Source: Adineta vaga (taxonomy: Eukaryota; Animalia; Rotifera). From it: DNA of 64,000 nucleotides. The stretch spans positions 4,092,001 to 4,156,000 of the forward strand of contig CP075494.1 in NCBI GenBank assembly GCA_021613535.1. Direction: 5' to 3'. Below, one piece after another: positions 1 to 14,234 of the stretch. Position 1 is the first letter of the stretch. Every line of letters starts with the position of its first letter. The notes below the pieces were generated by a model, which saw only the letters and a list, made by a program, of their open reading frames with translations, was not told the origin of the DNA and searched no databases. Made by a program: the position numbers and the translations under genes.

Positions 1-1468
1 CTTAGAAAGGTACCATTACCTGCATTAAAAAGAATACTAATGTTGTTCGAATTAGAATTTATAGCAATAATATCAGATTTATTATCATTATTCAAATCGC
101 CGACAGCTATTGAAATTACATAAGTGCCAATTGGATAAGTAATTTGATTCAGAAAAGTACCATTGCCCATATTGAGAAGAACACCAACATTAGATGAATT
201 GGAGTTTCCAACGATAATATCAAGCTTATTATCATTGTCTACATCAATGACTTCTATGGCGATTGGCTGACTACCAACTGTATATACCGTTTGATTGAAA
301 AAGGTTCCATTACCGATATTGATAAGAACTCCCACATTATTTGAATTATAATTGGCTACAATAATATCAGGTTTATTGTCGGCGTTAACATCAGCTACTA
401 CTACTGAGAACGGATTTGTACCTACGGAATAAGTCGTTTGACTTAGAAAAGTTCCATTGCCTGCATTGAGAAGAACGCCAACATTGTTTGAATTATAGTT
501 TGCTACGACAATATCTGGTAGATTGTCAAGGTTTACATCAACTGCCGTCACTGAACGTGGATACACACCAACTGAGTAAAATATTTCAGCCAGGAAGGTA
601 CCATTACCTAGATTGAGACGAACACCGACATTGTTTGAATTATAGTTTGCTACGATCATATCGGGTTTATCGTCATTGTTAACGTCAAGTACTGCCATTG
701 AATATGGGACCAATCCAGTCGAGTATGTAGGCTGACTAACAAACATAATATTGCAAGCTATAAAGAAAAAACAAAATACTGAGAATTTTTCCAAATTAAT
801 GAATTGATAATTCAGTAAAGTGACCGTAACTTTTAAAGGAAGTGATTAGCAGTCAAATTGTTTTAAAATCTTGAAATCGTCGTAGGCATTTGAAAAAGGT
901 TCTCTCATCAATCAGTATTTCTTCTAGTATCGAAATTTATTTTATTAATTTATGAACTGCAGTCTTTTATATCTGTTATTTAAGATTTTGTTAGCTATTC
1001 TGAATACGTTGATAGATACTAAATCACTTACCAGTTGTTGTTGTCAATGTACTAATTGTGGATGTTGTAGTCGATACTATTGTAAAGAAAAGTAGACGAT
1101 GATGTATTTCTAAATATATTCTATCAATACTAACTTTGTAGAGTTCGCATTCCAGATACGGTGATCATGCTAATAGTATCCACATCGATAGACATGTTTG
1201 TATTTTGATTCGATATATTAGTGAATAATTGACAATTCAAAGACGATCGATGAAAACTTGCTGCTTGGCATTGAATTTCATTTAAACAAGCAACTTGACA
1301 CTTGCGAACATCTAGTGTAGTAGTTGTCGTTAACGGTAAACAAGTTGTATTCGTACATTGAAATTGCCATCCACTCAGAACTGACATTGTCAATAAATGT
1401 TTATCTTGTGCAACTAATTGTACGATAAGACCAAACAAAATCACCATCGATATTCCTAACGAATTCAT
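1..1468 (-). CDS. Secreted PAN/apple + Thr-rich linker + FG-GAP/VCBS repeat protein (3' end lies outside the window)
   Basis: Exons 1468-1135, 1076-1032 and 757-<1 splice in frame at GT-AG sites. Signal peptide MNSLGISMVILFGLIVQLVAQ, PAN-type CQVACLNEIQC, then repeated DVNNDDKPDMIVANYNSNNVGVRLNLGNGTF units. Confidence 0.88.
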
Positions 1469-2509
1469 AACTAATAGGACTTCAAAGTATGATAGAATAA
1501 ATTTGATTTTGAATCCAAGACAGAAAAAAATATGAAACAATATGTTAATTTTTTGTTCCTCTTTCTCTTGACAAATGATATATTAAAGTCTACTGAGAAA
1601 TTAATTATATAAGTTTTTTTAAACTTGTCCAGGAAGTCTCATTTTGAAAGTGAACAGTACTCTATTTTTCTCTGATATTCAAGATTGAAACGAGTCATTT
1701 TTAGCTTTTATTTTATGCAAAATTTTTCGAAAGATTATGTAAAACTATATAATTTCAAGCACAAATCAAATTTCAACAGAGACACTGTTTTGAAACTAGA
1801 CAAGTAACAATAGTCTTTCTAAACAAAACTGATAATCACAATATTCATGATGTTTGTTCTCCGGACATAATCATCAAGATGAAGTATCAGTAAGTTTTTA
1901 ATAGCTATGGAAACATTTCTTTCAATTTATTAAATGGTTTTTTCTTCTAAGAAAGAAAGTTTATTTGATTTTGTATCAAATGTTCTTTTTTTGTCATTTT
2001 CATTTTCTTTATTGCTATGATTTTAAATAAATTCATAATGAACATTGTTCTTTCAAAAGAAAATGATCAAGATAGACATAAATTGAAAGAGAATAATATA
2101 ATCACTCTAAGTGTGTAGTTATAGATCATGATTAAGTTCAATTTGATATTCTTTTATTATCATCGTATACCAAATGAGGTCGGAAAATGCTTGAAATATG
2201 TGTTGGAATATCGAATTTGTTTGTCATTTCGGTTCACGATCTGTTTATGATATTCAAATTGAACTTTAACTCGTCTTTCACTATTTGTATCCTTACATTA
2301 ATCTCTCGAATTACGAGAAAAATTCAACAATCAAATGATAACTATTCTATCTAGATATATACCTACCGTTGTTTAATGACATCTAAGATTTGATCAAAGA
2401 TGAATTCCACAAATAATACTGTAACATGTTAAATATTAACAAAAAAATAATCTGTTATCTCGACTACCATCTTCATGAAATTCGATCGAATCAAAAACTG
2501 ATAATTCAG

Positions 2510-3270
2510 TAACGAAAAATCTTCACGTTGATACATATGCTTCGTTTTGGATACAACGTGAAATGTTATTTGATCAAGTAAAACAGGGAGATATTGCTGT
2601 TGATTTCGGTGCTGGAACTGACATTCTTTCCATGTTTGCTGCTAATTAAGCTAGTGCAAAAAAAGCTTACGCATTGGTAATTACAGATATGGCAGATGTT
2701 GCAGGTAAACATTCTCCTATAAAAGTTCATTTAAACGATAGAAGGAGCGCAATGGAGCAATATTTACACTACTAATGTTGTTATTTGAGTTGCAATAATC
2801 CAAAGGAATAAATTAGATGATCAACGGTGGAATTGCCTGATGATCCTTCTTTAACAAATATATTATCTTTTTGGCAGTCAAAGTCGTATGATCTTGATTT
2901 ATAGACATGATGGGTGAATTTCACGATAACATTGTTCTCAATGCACGCCATGAGATTTTATCAGACAAACTTTTAAGTAAAGAAAAAGAATTATATGAAT
3001 TAAATATGAAAAATGTCAATAAAACTGATGCAAACTTTTCATTTTCTGGTCGAAGTCGTATCATTAAAGATGGATTATTATCTTGTATTGCTGTATGGTT
3101 CCAATGTGACATGGGTAATAATACAATCTTATCAAATGCACCTGATCCACCACCTACATATTGGGGTAGAACGAGTTTTCCTATCTATCCACCTATTTCA
3201 GTTTCAATGGGTCAGATTGTTCATTGGACATTATCATTATACGGTGTTAATCTTATGAAAGTAATTCAAG
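2510..3270 (+). pseudogene. Decayed protein arginine methyltransferase (PRMT)-like gene
   Basis: Fragments DIAVDFGAGTDILSMFAAN*ASAKKAYAL (SAM motif I with an in-frame TAA), then IAVWFQCDM...LSNAPDPPPTYWGRTSF (THW-loop equivalent). Frameshifts and large deletions. Confidence 0.75.
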
Positions 3271-3381
3271 TTTATTTCATTAACGAAGATATGAACGAGG
3301 AAAGAGTAGTGAACTATTTCGCCTTCAAAATTTTATTTTGGTTAGAAAAGAAAAATAATATAAAAGTATTTGGAAGACTGT

Positions 3382-5852
3382 TCATTTTCTCATAATTCGT
3401 TTCATTCGTTGTTGATGTCTCACTCGTGCTTGGATACTGGCTGCTCTGAATTTATTTGAAAGTTTTGTAAATGCAGCATACATAGCTAAACCTTGAATTG
3501 GCATCATTGCACCCAACATAATAGCGTTCATAATTGCAATTGGTTGAAGACAAGCGAGTTCCTAAGAAAATTATTATTTTAAAATGAAAATAGAATAAGA
3601 AAATTTACGAAATCTTTTGGATACATGACAGCAACGGTAGATTCAGTTGTAGCGCCTGTTGTTGTTGAACCGGCTGTTGTCGGAACTAAATGAAAGAATT
3701 ACTCTCTAGTTTAAATTCAAAATTTCAATCTTTTCTTACGAGCTGTTGTTGAAACTGCAGTTGTCGATGTTGTTGCTGTTGTTGTTACTGGGGATGTTGT
3801 TGTTACAACTATTCCAGTTGTAGTTAACTAATAAAATAATGATAAAAACATCAATTAAAAAAGAAAAAGAAAAAGAAAGATAGTACCAATGTATTGATAC
3901 TCGTTGTTGATGTTGGTTTTGTTGTTACTGTTACTGTAGTAAAAGGTGTCGTTGTCGTTGTTGTTGTTGATGATACAGCAGGATTCCAAATATTAAATAC
4001 CCAAAATGTTTTATCATACATCGGAGCAGATTCAGGACCTTAAATAGATGATCTTTTTCGAAAGATATCATATGTGAAGAGATTCGCGTACCACAAAATT
4101 CAGTTCCACTTGCCACACCTAAAACTCAAATTAAAATGTAAAAATTCGAAGAAAAAACGTTTTTCTCATACCGCTATCCATTGTAACATAAAAGAAATGT
4201 CCAGGAGTCCATGGTGCAACTGGAAAACGAATAACAATTGTAAATCCAGTATATGTTACTTCTGGTTGCCAACCACAATCATATTTTCGAACAAGTGTAT
4301 TACCACCACTTGCATTATAAAAATAAATAAATGTATCATTACGTGTTGGACGATTCACTGATATCGATGCTAGAAAAATAAACAAGAAAAAGAAGTTTGT
4401 TTTTATTAAATTTCCAATAAGACATATTACTTTGAATAGAAAAGACGGTATGATTTTGAAAAATTGTACCAATTGGTGATGCTGAACCTTGAACTATCGT
4501 TGGTCGAATAACATCAGGTGATTTATAACCGACTAAAAATGTAATACACCATTGATTTGATTGAAGATTTGTATTATCAACAGCTCCAATACAAACACCT
4601 TGTGGACCATTTTGATCGGGAATTGGAATCCAACTAAGAACTATTCGATAGATATCTTAAAATAAAACATGCATGAAAACCATGAATAACACTATGATTT
4701 ATACAAACTAGGGCTTGGATTAAGAATAGCGCTTTTTCTCATTCCAACTGGTACACTTGATACATATTCGACAATGCTTTTACCAGGACAATAAACTTCT
4801 ATGGTAACATATTCTGTAATATTGTCATAGGGCATTACACCGATACAAGCTGAGAAAAGAAATCATTTATAATAATCAATGATAGATCAATAATAAAAAT
4901 TAACTATACCTCGATTTGGTCGATCACCGATAATAGCTGGTGGGGTAGAACAACCCGTCGGAGCTGCATAACCGTAGAAAAGAAATTGAAACGGAACAGA
5001 ACTCATTGGTGTATTTGCTAACAATGCTGCATTATTAAAGAAATCTTCAATTTGTATTGCTACGCCAGCATACCAATTAGCTGTTGAAAGTTGAAATACA
5101 ATTGTACAATTACCTGGAATAAGATTAGCACCAGCCACACCATTACACATATCACCACATTCATCGTATTGATTAATAGTTGGTGTTGATTTAGTTGACC
5201 ACCGACATCTTAAGAGATCAGTTCCATCAAAATCAGACATTTGTACAACATGTACATGTTGTTTATTGATTTCCTTATAAAGAATTGGAAGAGTAACACC
5301 AATGGGACTAGTATTTATATAACCATCAGGTCTAAGAAAAGTACTAATTCGACTAACTACAGACCAACTTCCACTACTACCAATAGCCAATTCATAGAAC
5401 CAACAACATGTAGAAAAAGCAATACTAAATGCTGTATTCAATGGAATTACATATGTTTGAAAATATTCACCGGAAGCAACATCCATAGGAGCACTGAAAT
5501 CCGTACAATATGTCGGTACGAGCATACCAGGCCAATGACCACCACATGTACCAGCTACGCAAGTCAGTGTCATATAATCTCCAATCATTGGACTTTGTGC
5601 AGCAATTGTCGCAGGAGAACATACTGGAGGGTATGCACTACGACGCCAAGACCATCGTTCTCGTACGATAACGGGAACTGAACTTCCCGATGGAGTCGCA
5701 TTGTATGGACGCCTTAGGCAAATGAATATATTGAAAATGAATAGAAATTCAAAAATAACTTACCATGTAATTGTTCCACCACGAAAATGAGAAAGATCGA
5801 CAATAGAAATGCATATCAATGAGCAGATAACACCGAATTGATTGATAGTCAT
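3382..5852 (-). CDS. Multi-exon type I membrane protein with HFRGGTITW N-terminal domain, Thr-rich stalk and C-terminal TM (Sib/integrin-beta-like family)
   Basis: ATG at 5852 gives MTINQFGVICSLICISIVDLSHFRGGTITW; later CCW, DxDGTDLLRCRW and GVASGTEFCGPESAP (restored by removing an intron), several Thr-rich mini-exons, hydrophobic IAIMNAIMLGAMMPIQGLAMYAAF, and stop at 3382-3384. Confidence 0.8.
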
Positions 5853-6724
5853 CTGCTATTCAATCAATGAAAAGAATAAAATATTATATTGATGTAGCGA
5901 TGCTGATTGTTTTTATATGCTCTTTTTTTTTTAACTGAAAAAGGAGGGCAAAAATAAAGAATGTACTCATTTTTCAGTATATCCTAATGTTACTAGCGAA
6001 AGTATAATTTGTCCTCGCCGAACAGAAAAAAAGTTCTTAGATTAATAACCGGTTGCACAAGTGCTGTTTTGTTGCGCTGCACAATTTAAACTATTGCATG
6101 ATTTCTTTTGAGTTATTTTAATACTTGTATAAATAATCGAACATTTTAAATACTGAAAATGTTTATCAAACAAAAAAAACGGCCAAACTGTAAACTATTT
6201 AAATACAAGATGAAAAAATAATAAATTCCTCTTAGCTGTTTTTGTTAATCATACCACCAACGCATTTATGTTACAATGCGTTTTTTTGCCGTTTAACTAT
6301 TGCTCCTGGTATTCTTCATGTGAATGTCTCGTGAAATAAGTCATTTATGGCTGCAAGTAACTATGAATCCATATCCATTCATAGTGATGATTCTATAATG
6401 TAACAAAACAATCGATTAATTTCGAATATTTATGATATTTATCTTTTAAACGTATTCTCGTTGAATTATTTCTAAATAAAATTCATGTATTTTGTTTGAA
6501 AATATGTTTTTTCATTATAATTTATCAAGTTCTTTCTATATGAACACTAAACTACGCTCACACTCTCAAAACTGGATACAATTTATTTATATTCGAATAA
6601 TCATTGACAATAAACTTGTTCTGATCATTTTACACATGACATTCAATTTTTTGTCCTCTATCTCTCTACATTCTTTTTATCAGTGTATAGTTTTTAGAGA
6701 GTTCGCTCCGGAAGTTAAATGAGT

Positions 6725-9700
6725 ATGATCATCATTGTTTATACTATTATCCATCTAACATCGGTTTTGCTCAGCAATCTATTCAATATTGTATTCGTTT
6801 TCTCTTCAATGATGTAGAACTAAATAATCTTCATACATATGATAATTCTTTTACTTTTAAACAATTACATGATAAAAAATATTACCATTGATCAGTTACT
6901 ATCATGGTCAACACCAATAGATCTCGTTGAACATTATGGAGATTATCTTGAAAAGAATAATCCATTAAATAATTATCGATTTTATAATTGTACATATCCA
7001 TGGTTTGGTATTCATTGTGAATATTATTTTGATGAAACACAAACAGATTTCAATGAACAAATTGAACGAAGTGTTTTCATAAGAGGAACGTATTCTCCAT
7101 CAGATTTAAAATGTTTTACCTTGTTATACATATTTGAAATGTAATTATGATGATGATTAAACATGTCTCGATTGGCGTGAGATATGTGATGGAAAAATCG
7201 ATTGTATTGATACTGAACTTGACGAAAAATTATGTTGACAATTAGAAATAAATACTTGTAATGATAAGACTGAATTTCGTTGTCAAAATGGTTTATGTAT
7301 TCCTCTGAGTTTTCTAAATGATGATCGAGAGAATACAGATTGTTTAGATCGAACTGATGAATTTCTAATAGGAAGTATTAAACCAGATGCAGGTGGTAGA
7401 TTATGTAATGATCCTAGATTTCGATGTGAAGATCATTTATGTCATAAAACACTTTATCAACAATATCTTATTGAATGTGAAGATGGTTCATGTGACGTTT
7501 TTATTCCAGTTGTCGTAATAAACGAAATGAAATCTTACACAAAAGATCATGGATAAGATCGAATATGTCCAATGAATGTCGTTACAATCTTGAATGTTTT
7601 TTAAGAATACCATAGTGGTGGAATTTAGCGAAAATGATTGTCGTTATCTACCACGTTTTCGGTTTTTGGAATTGATCAAAAAGTATTGTCCCGAATTTAT
7701 TGAAGTTTCACTGATTTTATTTGGACATGTGCAATTAATTTATATAAATAATCAAACTCAAGTACGTTAATAAAAATAAAAAATTGATTGGAATTAACAA
7801 TTATGTGATTTCTATTTAGGAAAAATTTCATTTGTATTCTCATCGACTTATTGTACCTGATTATATTTGTTATATTGAGAATCCATGTATTCAGCAATTG
7901 TTTTCCTTTCCATTATTTTCATCTATTCATCTCTTCAATGATAATAGTACATGCCGATCGTTCGATGACTTTGGATTTACTGACAATATTTTACAAGGAT
8001 GGACTCATTTCATAAATGAATTAATTCGATTATTTCGTAAATGTACAACTTTTTTTGAACCTTCGTCATCATTTGATAATTTGAATGTTTATAAATGTGT
8101 TAATTCATCGAAAATCATTTCCAAATATCGTCTTTTAGATGGAATCGAAGATTGTTTGTATGGAGATGATGAATCATATTCTGATAGTTGTTCATTTGAA
8201 AATTTCAATCATCGATTTAACTGTGATCAAGATATAAACATGAAATGTATTTCACAATCACTTGTATTTAACAAGGAACATAATTGTCAAGATCAATCAG
8301 ATGAAAGAGAAAATCTTCAAAAAGATCCTCAAGCATCAATTGTATTTCAAATGATATGTGATAGATACATTCAAATAGATCCGATTTTAATCGATAATCA
8401 CAATGAAACAGATGAAACACAATGTCATCATTTTCCATGTAATAATATTTATACACGATGTGATGGTTATTGGAATTGTCCAGATGGTGTCGATGAAGTG
8501 AACTGTGAATGGCCATCGATATGTCCTCCATTTCATCATATATGTTTATCACCAATATCTGGTAGTATAACATGTTTACATCTTAAATATGTTAATGACG
8601 GTATTGATGATTGTTTGGGAGCATCGGATGAACGAGAATTTTGTCGTCGAACACAAGTTTACACCTGGGATTCGTTATCGGTGTATTTATACTAATACGT
8701 GTATTTCAAATTACATTTCATGTTTGGAACCACTTAATTGTCCTATAAAAAAGTAATCAAAGTTCTATAACTTTCTGTCAAAATCTACACGGTGCATTAT
8801 ATTGGAAGTGTTTTTTCAAAGAAAACCTTACTCATACTGAACAACTTCTGTGTACTTTAAATGATCTTAGAGAAGGATTTAATGCACATTTTACGCTTAT
8901 TGGCTCGACATCCTACAGCTCTCCGCAAAATAATCGTAAGTTTTCTAAAAGAAACAAAAATATATCTGTCATTACATCTAAGCGTTTTTAGCAGTACGAG
9001 CATCATTTGAATTTCGTACTATCTTTGCTATTATATTTACATTAAGAAAGACGGTTGATAAACAAATTGAATCATTTGATCAAATAGATTATTACTATGA
9101 ACGTGATTGTCAAACGAAATTTAATATTTATTTACTTTATTCAACACATCCGAAAAATTCATCGACAAATTATTATGTACAAATCGATATTTTCAATAAA
9201 CATGATTTCAATTATCAAGCAAGTTGGTTCTTTCCTATTTTATTTTCCTTTCTACCCGTTTATCGTTTGGCTGTTCAATTACAAATTCCACCAGCGAATT
9301 CAATGACACGAAAATATACAACATTAAATTGTGGACTTCATGGTCAATGTTTTTCTTATATAAATAGTAAAACATCGTTTTGTTTATGTGACGAAGAATG
9401 GTCTGGTCAATATTGTCAGATTTCATATAAACGTTATCTTGTTCAATGAATTCATTGAGTTATGATCGAAAGATTTGTATTTGTCCATTGGAAGTATTTG
9501 GTCCTCGTTGTTATTTAAAATATTCGAAATGTTCATGTGAAAATGGTGGAACATGTATATTGAATAATAAACGTTTGTATCAAAACGATGATTATTTATG
9601 TGTTTGTCCGAAAGGTTTTTCTGGATTAAGATGTGAAAAACATGATACAAGAATAAGTTTGTCTTTTGCACCTGAAATACAAATTCCATCTTCAATATTC

Positions 9701-10959
9701 CTTCATTTTATTGAAGTTTTTAGTAAAAATCAATCTCATCTTCGATCAAGTATCTTCAAAATAACTGAAATTGATCAAGAAAGTGTTTCGTTTCTTATCT
9801 CTACTCGATTTCATCTTGTTTTTATTGAAATTAATCGACCAAAACTATATTATCTAATTATTATTCAACATGAATATCGGCCATCAATGAATATGACATC
9901 AATAATTCAATCATCAAATCGTTGTTTATCAATCACAGAAATCTTTAATGAAACATTTTCTAATTGGCATCTTCTTCGTCGTTTAAAATATTATCATATT
10001 CCATGCCAAAAACATTCCGATCTCCTTTGTTTCTATGATGATATTCATCATCACAACTATTGTTTTATTGATTTTCTTTTATTGGTCTTTTCAATGGAAT
10101 ACTTTCTCTAATGACATTTCAAACAAAGAAATCATGTGAAGTTGGATGTGGAAATTATCTTCTTATTTGTTCATATTCATCAATAATCATTTTCATTTTA
10201 TTTGCATTGAAATATTTTCTTCTTCTTTTCACACAAATGAATTTAATTACAAATCGTTCGCATCTTACATTTAATTGTATATTTATTGAATATATACTTA
10301 AAGTTTCTATGAGTGTTGCTGATTGGTTGATTTCATTTGTTGATATCGAACGACTTATTACCGTTCTAAAAGATGCCAAATTTAATAAAATTCAAGCGAA
10401 AAAACTTTCAAAATTGATTATAATTTGTATTTATATAATAACAGCTTTAAATTATATTCATGATCCAATTTATCGTCGAATGATTGATGATAAGGATGAA
10501 GAAGAACATTATCGAATATGATGTCATGTACAATTTAATACCTCATTTCAATGGTTTAATTCAATTATATTAGCTTTACATTTTTTCATTCCTTTTATAT
10601 TAAATATTCTTACAGCTATACTTATTATTGTTATTACTGCTCGTCAACAAACTATTGCGCAAAAACAACAATCTTATAAGATTCAATTACGTAAACAATT
10701 TCATCAATTAAAACATTTATTAATCGCTCCGATTGTATTGACTATCTTAGCATCACCTCAATTTGTTATTTCTTTCTTATCAGGTTGTATGAAAACAACT
10801 CGAGGATATTTATGGTTATATCTTACTAGTTATTTCATTTCATTTTTATCTTCAACATTCTTATTTATTGTTTTCGTTTTACCATCTCAAGCTTATAAAA
10901 ATGAATTTCATCAAACAATTCAATATCCTCAACGACGTATGCGTACATATCTCACTTAA
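6725..10959 (+). pseudogene. LDLa-repeat / EGF / 7TM GPCR gene with multiple stops and frameshifts
   Basis: CLDWREICDGKIDC, CDGYWNCPDGVDE, CENGGTC...CVCPKGFSGLRCE and a 7TM region with IERL. In-frame stops near 7158, 7236 and 10519 plus several frame changes. Confidence 0.85.
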
Positions 10960-10973
10960 TTTAATGTTTATAT

Positions 10974-11888
10974 TTATTGATTAATTTGAGTGAACAATAA
11001 TTTCATTAATTCTTTTCGATAACATCTTGATGTTAATGTATAGATATAAAAACTATTACAATAATTAAAATAAAACAACAAACGTGCTGCAGTAATGAGT
11101 TCATTTAATTGTAATATTTGTGTTTCGGAATAGTAAAAGTGAATTAATAATGAAATGACATTATATGGTGTACTACAAGTAAAATTAATGATGACTTGAG
11201 TGATGAGTAAAAGTATAAGTTCTTGATCTGTACGTTGTGATTGTTGTTGTCGTCGTTGACGGGTGATCAATAAGGAATCGAATAGTTGACGTCTTTTTCG
11301 AATATTTAATCCAATAAGAATACTGAAAAGAAGAAAGAGTATTGTGGGCAGATACGATGTTAATATAGCTACAGTTATAATAAGAAATTTCTTGTAAAGG
11401 ATATTTGTCGTTGTACACATCGAAGAATTGCCAGGAATAATGTCATACATGAAAAATATATGAATAAAAAATAATGAAAAAAAGATCACTATTGTGAAGA
11501 TGAGTTTATTTGAAATAGTAGTTGTACTAAATTTTCGTAGATTAGTATTTAATGATGATAGACAGAAACGATCGATTGTAGCAAGAATAAGAAAACTAGG
11601 TGAGAAGACAGAAAGTAAAATATCCAGATATGTAAATAGTTTACAAGAAATTGAAGAATAAGTTTTAATATCAATTCCGTAACCATCGGCTAACATATTT
11701 AAAATAAATAAAGGATATATTGCAAGACGATCAAGTGCTGAGCAAAGAAAGTAATGTGACACTGACCAAGAACGAAGCGTTGGTCGTGTAAAAATAATTG
11801 CATTGAGCGAATTACCAATAAATCCAATAATCAATTCCAATGGCATTATATAACGAACGAGTAGATTCGAAGTAGAATACATCATCAA
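10974..11888 (-). CDS. Orphan rhodopsin-like (class A) GPCR, single exon
   Basis: 304 aa with seven hydrophobic segments, GFIGNSLN, CK, TIDRF and FYIYTLTSRCYRKEL. Confidence 0.9.
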   Translation of the reverse strand: MMMYSTSNLLVRYIMPLELIIGFIGNSLNAIIFTRPTLRSWSVSHYFLCSALDRLAIYPLFILNMLADGYGIDIKTYSSISCKLFTYLDILLSVFSPSFLILATIDRFCLSSLNTNLRKFSTTTISNKLIFTIVIFFSLFFIHIFFMYDIIPGNSSMCTTTNILYKKFLIITVAILTSYLPTILFLLFSILIGLNIRKRRQLFDSLLITRQRRQQQSQRTDQELILLLITQVIINFTCSTPYNVISLLIHFYYSETQILQLNELITAARLLFYFNYCNSFYIYTLTSRCYRKELMKLLFTQINQ

Positions 11889-12435
11889 TGAGAAACAAAG
11901 AGAAAGAATTATAATAAATTTCTTTTCTGTTGAGGATCAATTGAATATGTTGCTCATCGGTTTGATGATACGTAAAGAAACGCGAGAAATATTATCTTTA
12001 AAATGTAAGACTACATCCGTGATGTTAAATTGAAGCGAATGTTATTTCTTTTCTTTTTAATTTTTCATGCTTATATCAAGAACATTAATAGAAAAAGTAT
12101 AGACAATGAATTATATATTATATAATAAGTACTTTTTTTTTCTTAGCTCACTCATATTGTTTGTTTGAACCTGATTTTCTTCTATTACGATAAAATTAAC
12201 AAACTACGTTTTAATCTATTTTAAACTAGTCAATGAATAGAAAGACTTAAGCACGGACAAGGTTCTCATAAAAAATCATTGTCTTTTTAATTGGAAAGGA
12301 GCCGTGACTTATGTTGTGTTAGACTATGATTTCATAATGATCTCATATTGAAGTATTATATACCTCATAATCTTAACTAAAGTAATTCTGTTTAGTATTA
12401 AGCAATGAATATGAATATAAAAAATTTTCTGTATA

Positions 12436-14234
12436 TTATGTACGATCATTGTAAACTTGCGTAAGAACGATATCGATTTTTGTGTTTTCATTATCTACGG
12501 AATTTCTTTGAATACTTGTTACAGTAAAGACAGCGTAAGGAAAGATAAGTACTTCTTTCTCTTTTGGATATTCAGATATACGATGAACATCTAAAGCAAA
12601 TCGTGTATCTTCAATGATATAAGTACACAGTACACCCATTTTGATTTCTTGACCATTAATATCATGTCGTACGGTTTTTGTTACGAAAAATGCAGCTTCG
12701 TCTTTGTCAATTGTAGCCGAGAGAAATGATTTAGTCATAATTTGTTTATCCGCTGTATATTCTTTGAGATCGCTTTCGGTAAGACGCATTCCTCGGTATA
12801 CTTTACCTCGAAAACGATATCGATCAAAGTAAGGATGAAAAGCAAGAATACCAATGTAAAGTTTACGTTCGGCTTTTCCATCATTCTTTTCACTAGCTAA
12901 GTCAACATTGAGTCTTGTATAAAACCTGTTTCAGCTGTATAAGCTTTGAGAAGATATTTTGGATCTTTTTCTCTAAGAGCCATCTTGAAAAAGTCTAAGA
13001 GTACTTCATACTTCGAAATATCTTGGAAATAAGGTATGATATAATTATCCATGATTTGTTTTGTATGAGATTCAAATTCATGTGTTTCAGTTTGCCGTGC
13101 TGGTTCAATATTTCTAGCTGACATGGCATGTGCATTCGATGAGACTAGAAGCCATTCTACTCGACCAGAATTTCCTATATAACGATTGTTACCAGGTATG
13201 CGATCGAAAAGTTCTCGAATATCATTCGATGCAGCTTCTTCGTATGGTATGCAATTATATTTATTCATGATACTTCGACTAACTCCCTTCGTCAATAGTA
13301 ATTTAACGATTTCTTTATGTCCTCGAAAACAAGCAACATGAAGAGCTGTACTTCCAAGGGGTTCTAATTTATTCATTTCTTTTACGGAAAGTGTTTGAAG
13401 AAGTTGTTGAACTTTCGTAATATCATTATCGCGACAAGCTGCATAGAAATCAGACACAGGCTGAGATGCAGAATTAACGTTTGTTGTTGCAGTTGGAACA
13501 GTCTAAATGATTTAAATGATGTATTTATATTATATAGATCTAATGTATACTCACCGAGGCATGCGAAGCAAGTGAATCGTAGAACTATCATCAATGTTAT
13601 AATAGGAAATGGCGTGATTATCATCGACTTCAGCGCCGTCGATAGCAATAAATTGCTCTTCGAGCGGTGTGTGCTCTTTATCTCGAATTTTCTTTTTGAT
13701 GTCTCCAATTCTCCATGACGGTTCGACCTGTAAATTGAAAAACGAAAGTAGCATTGTTTGTATGATATAGAAGAAAAAAAAGACAATCAAATTACGTCAA
13801 ATGTGATTCTACCACCGTCTTCCGTTTTCACAGTGACGCTCTAAAAGGAAACAAAATCGGTATTAATTTGAAGCAATACTATCGAATTGAAAACCAATGG
13901 ACTTAGTAATCTCTATTACGCATATACTAACCGATAAATGGCTCGTGCTACCAAAATTATAGTCTAGCGACATTAGATAAATGACAGAACTATTGTTAAT
14001 ATTATAGTAAGAAAGAGTCTGATCATCATCCAGTTCTGTATCACCATCGACTAATAATTGTTTGTTTGTATGAATGCCCATCAGCTGTCGAATGTTTTGT
14101 TTCACATCTCTAACCGTATTGCATGTATCAATCTAATAATAAGAAAACGACACATTTATGGTATGTCGAATGAGAATAGAGATGAAAATTACATCGATAG
14201 AGATTTGTTCACCAGCTTCAGTCGTGATCAACAT
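12436..14234 (-). CDS. Ubiquitin-like x2 + ankyrin + R-S-E mono-ADP-ribosyltransferase (two 1-nt frame breaks)
   Basis: Spliced exons give Ubl1 (TVRDVKQNIR...LDDDQTLSYYNI), Ubl2 (IGDIKKKIRDKE...ISYYNIDDSSTIHL), ankyrin (GSTALHVACFRGHKEIVKLLL) and ART (YTAET...VYRG...FLSAT...SEYPKEKEVL). The frame is lost at the 13555 donor and in a T run near 12922. Confidence 0.8.

Noticed and set aside
12915-12930. Programmed frameshift between the ankyrin and ART regions
   Set aside because: No canonical slippery heptamer or obvious downstream structure; a one-base loss in a T run is better explained by assembly error or mutation.
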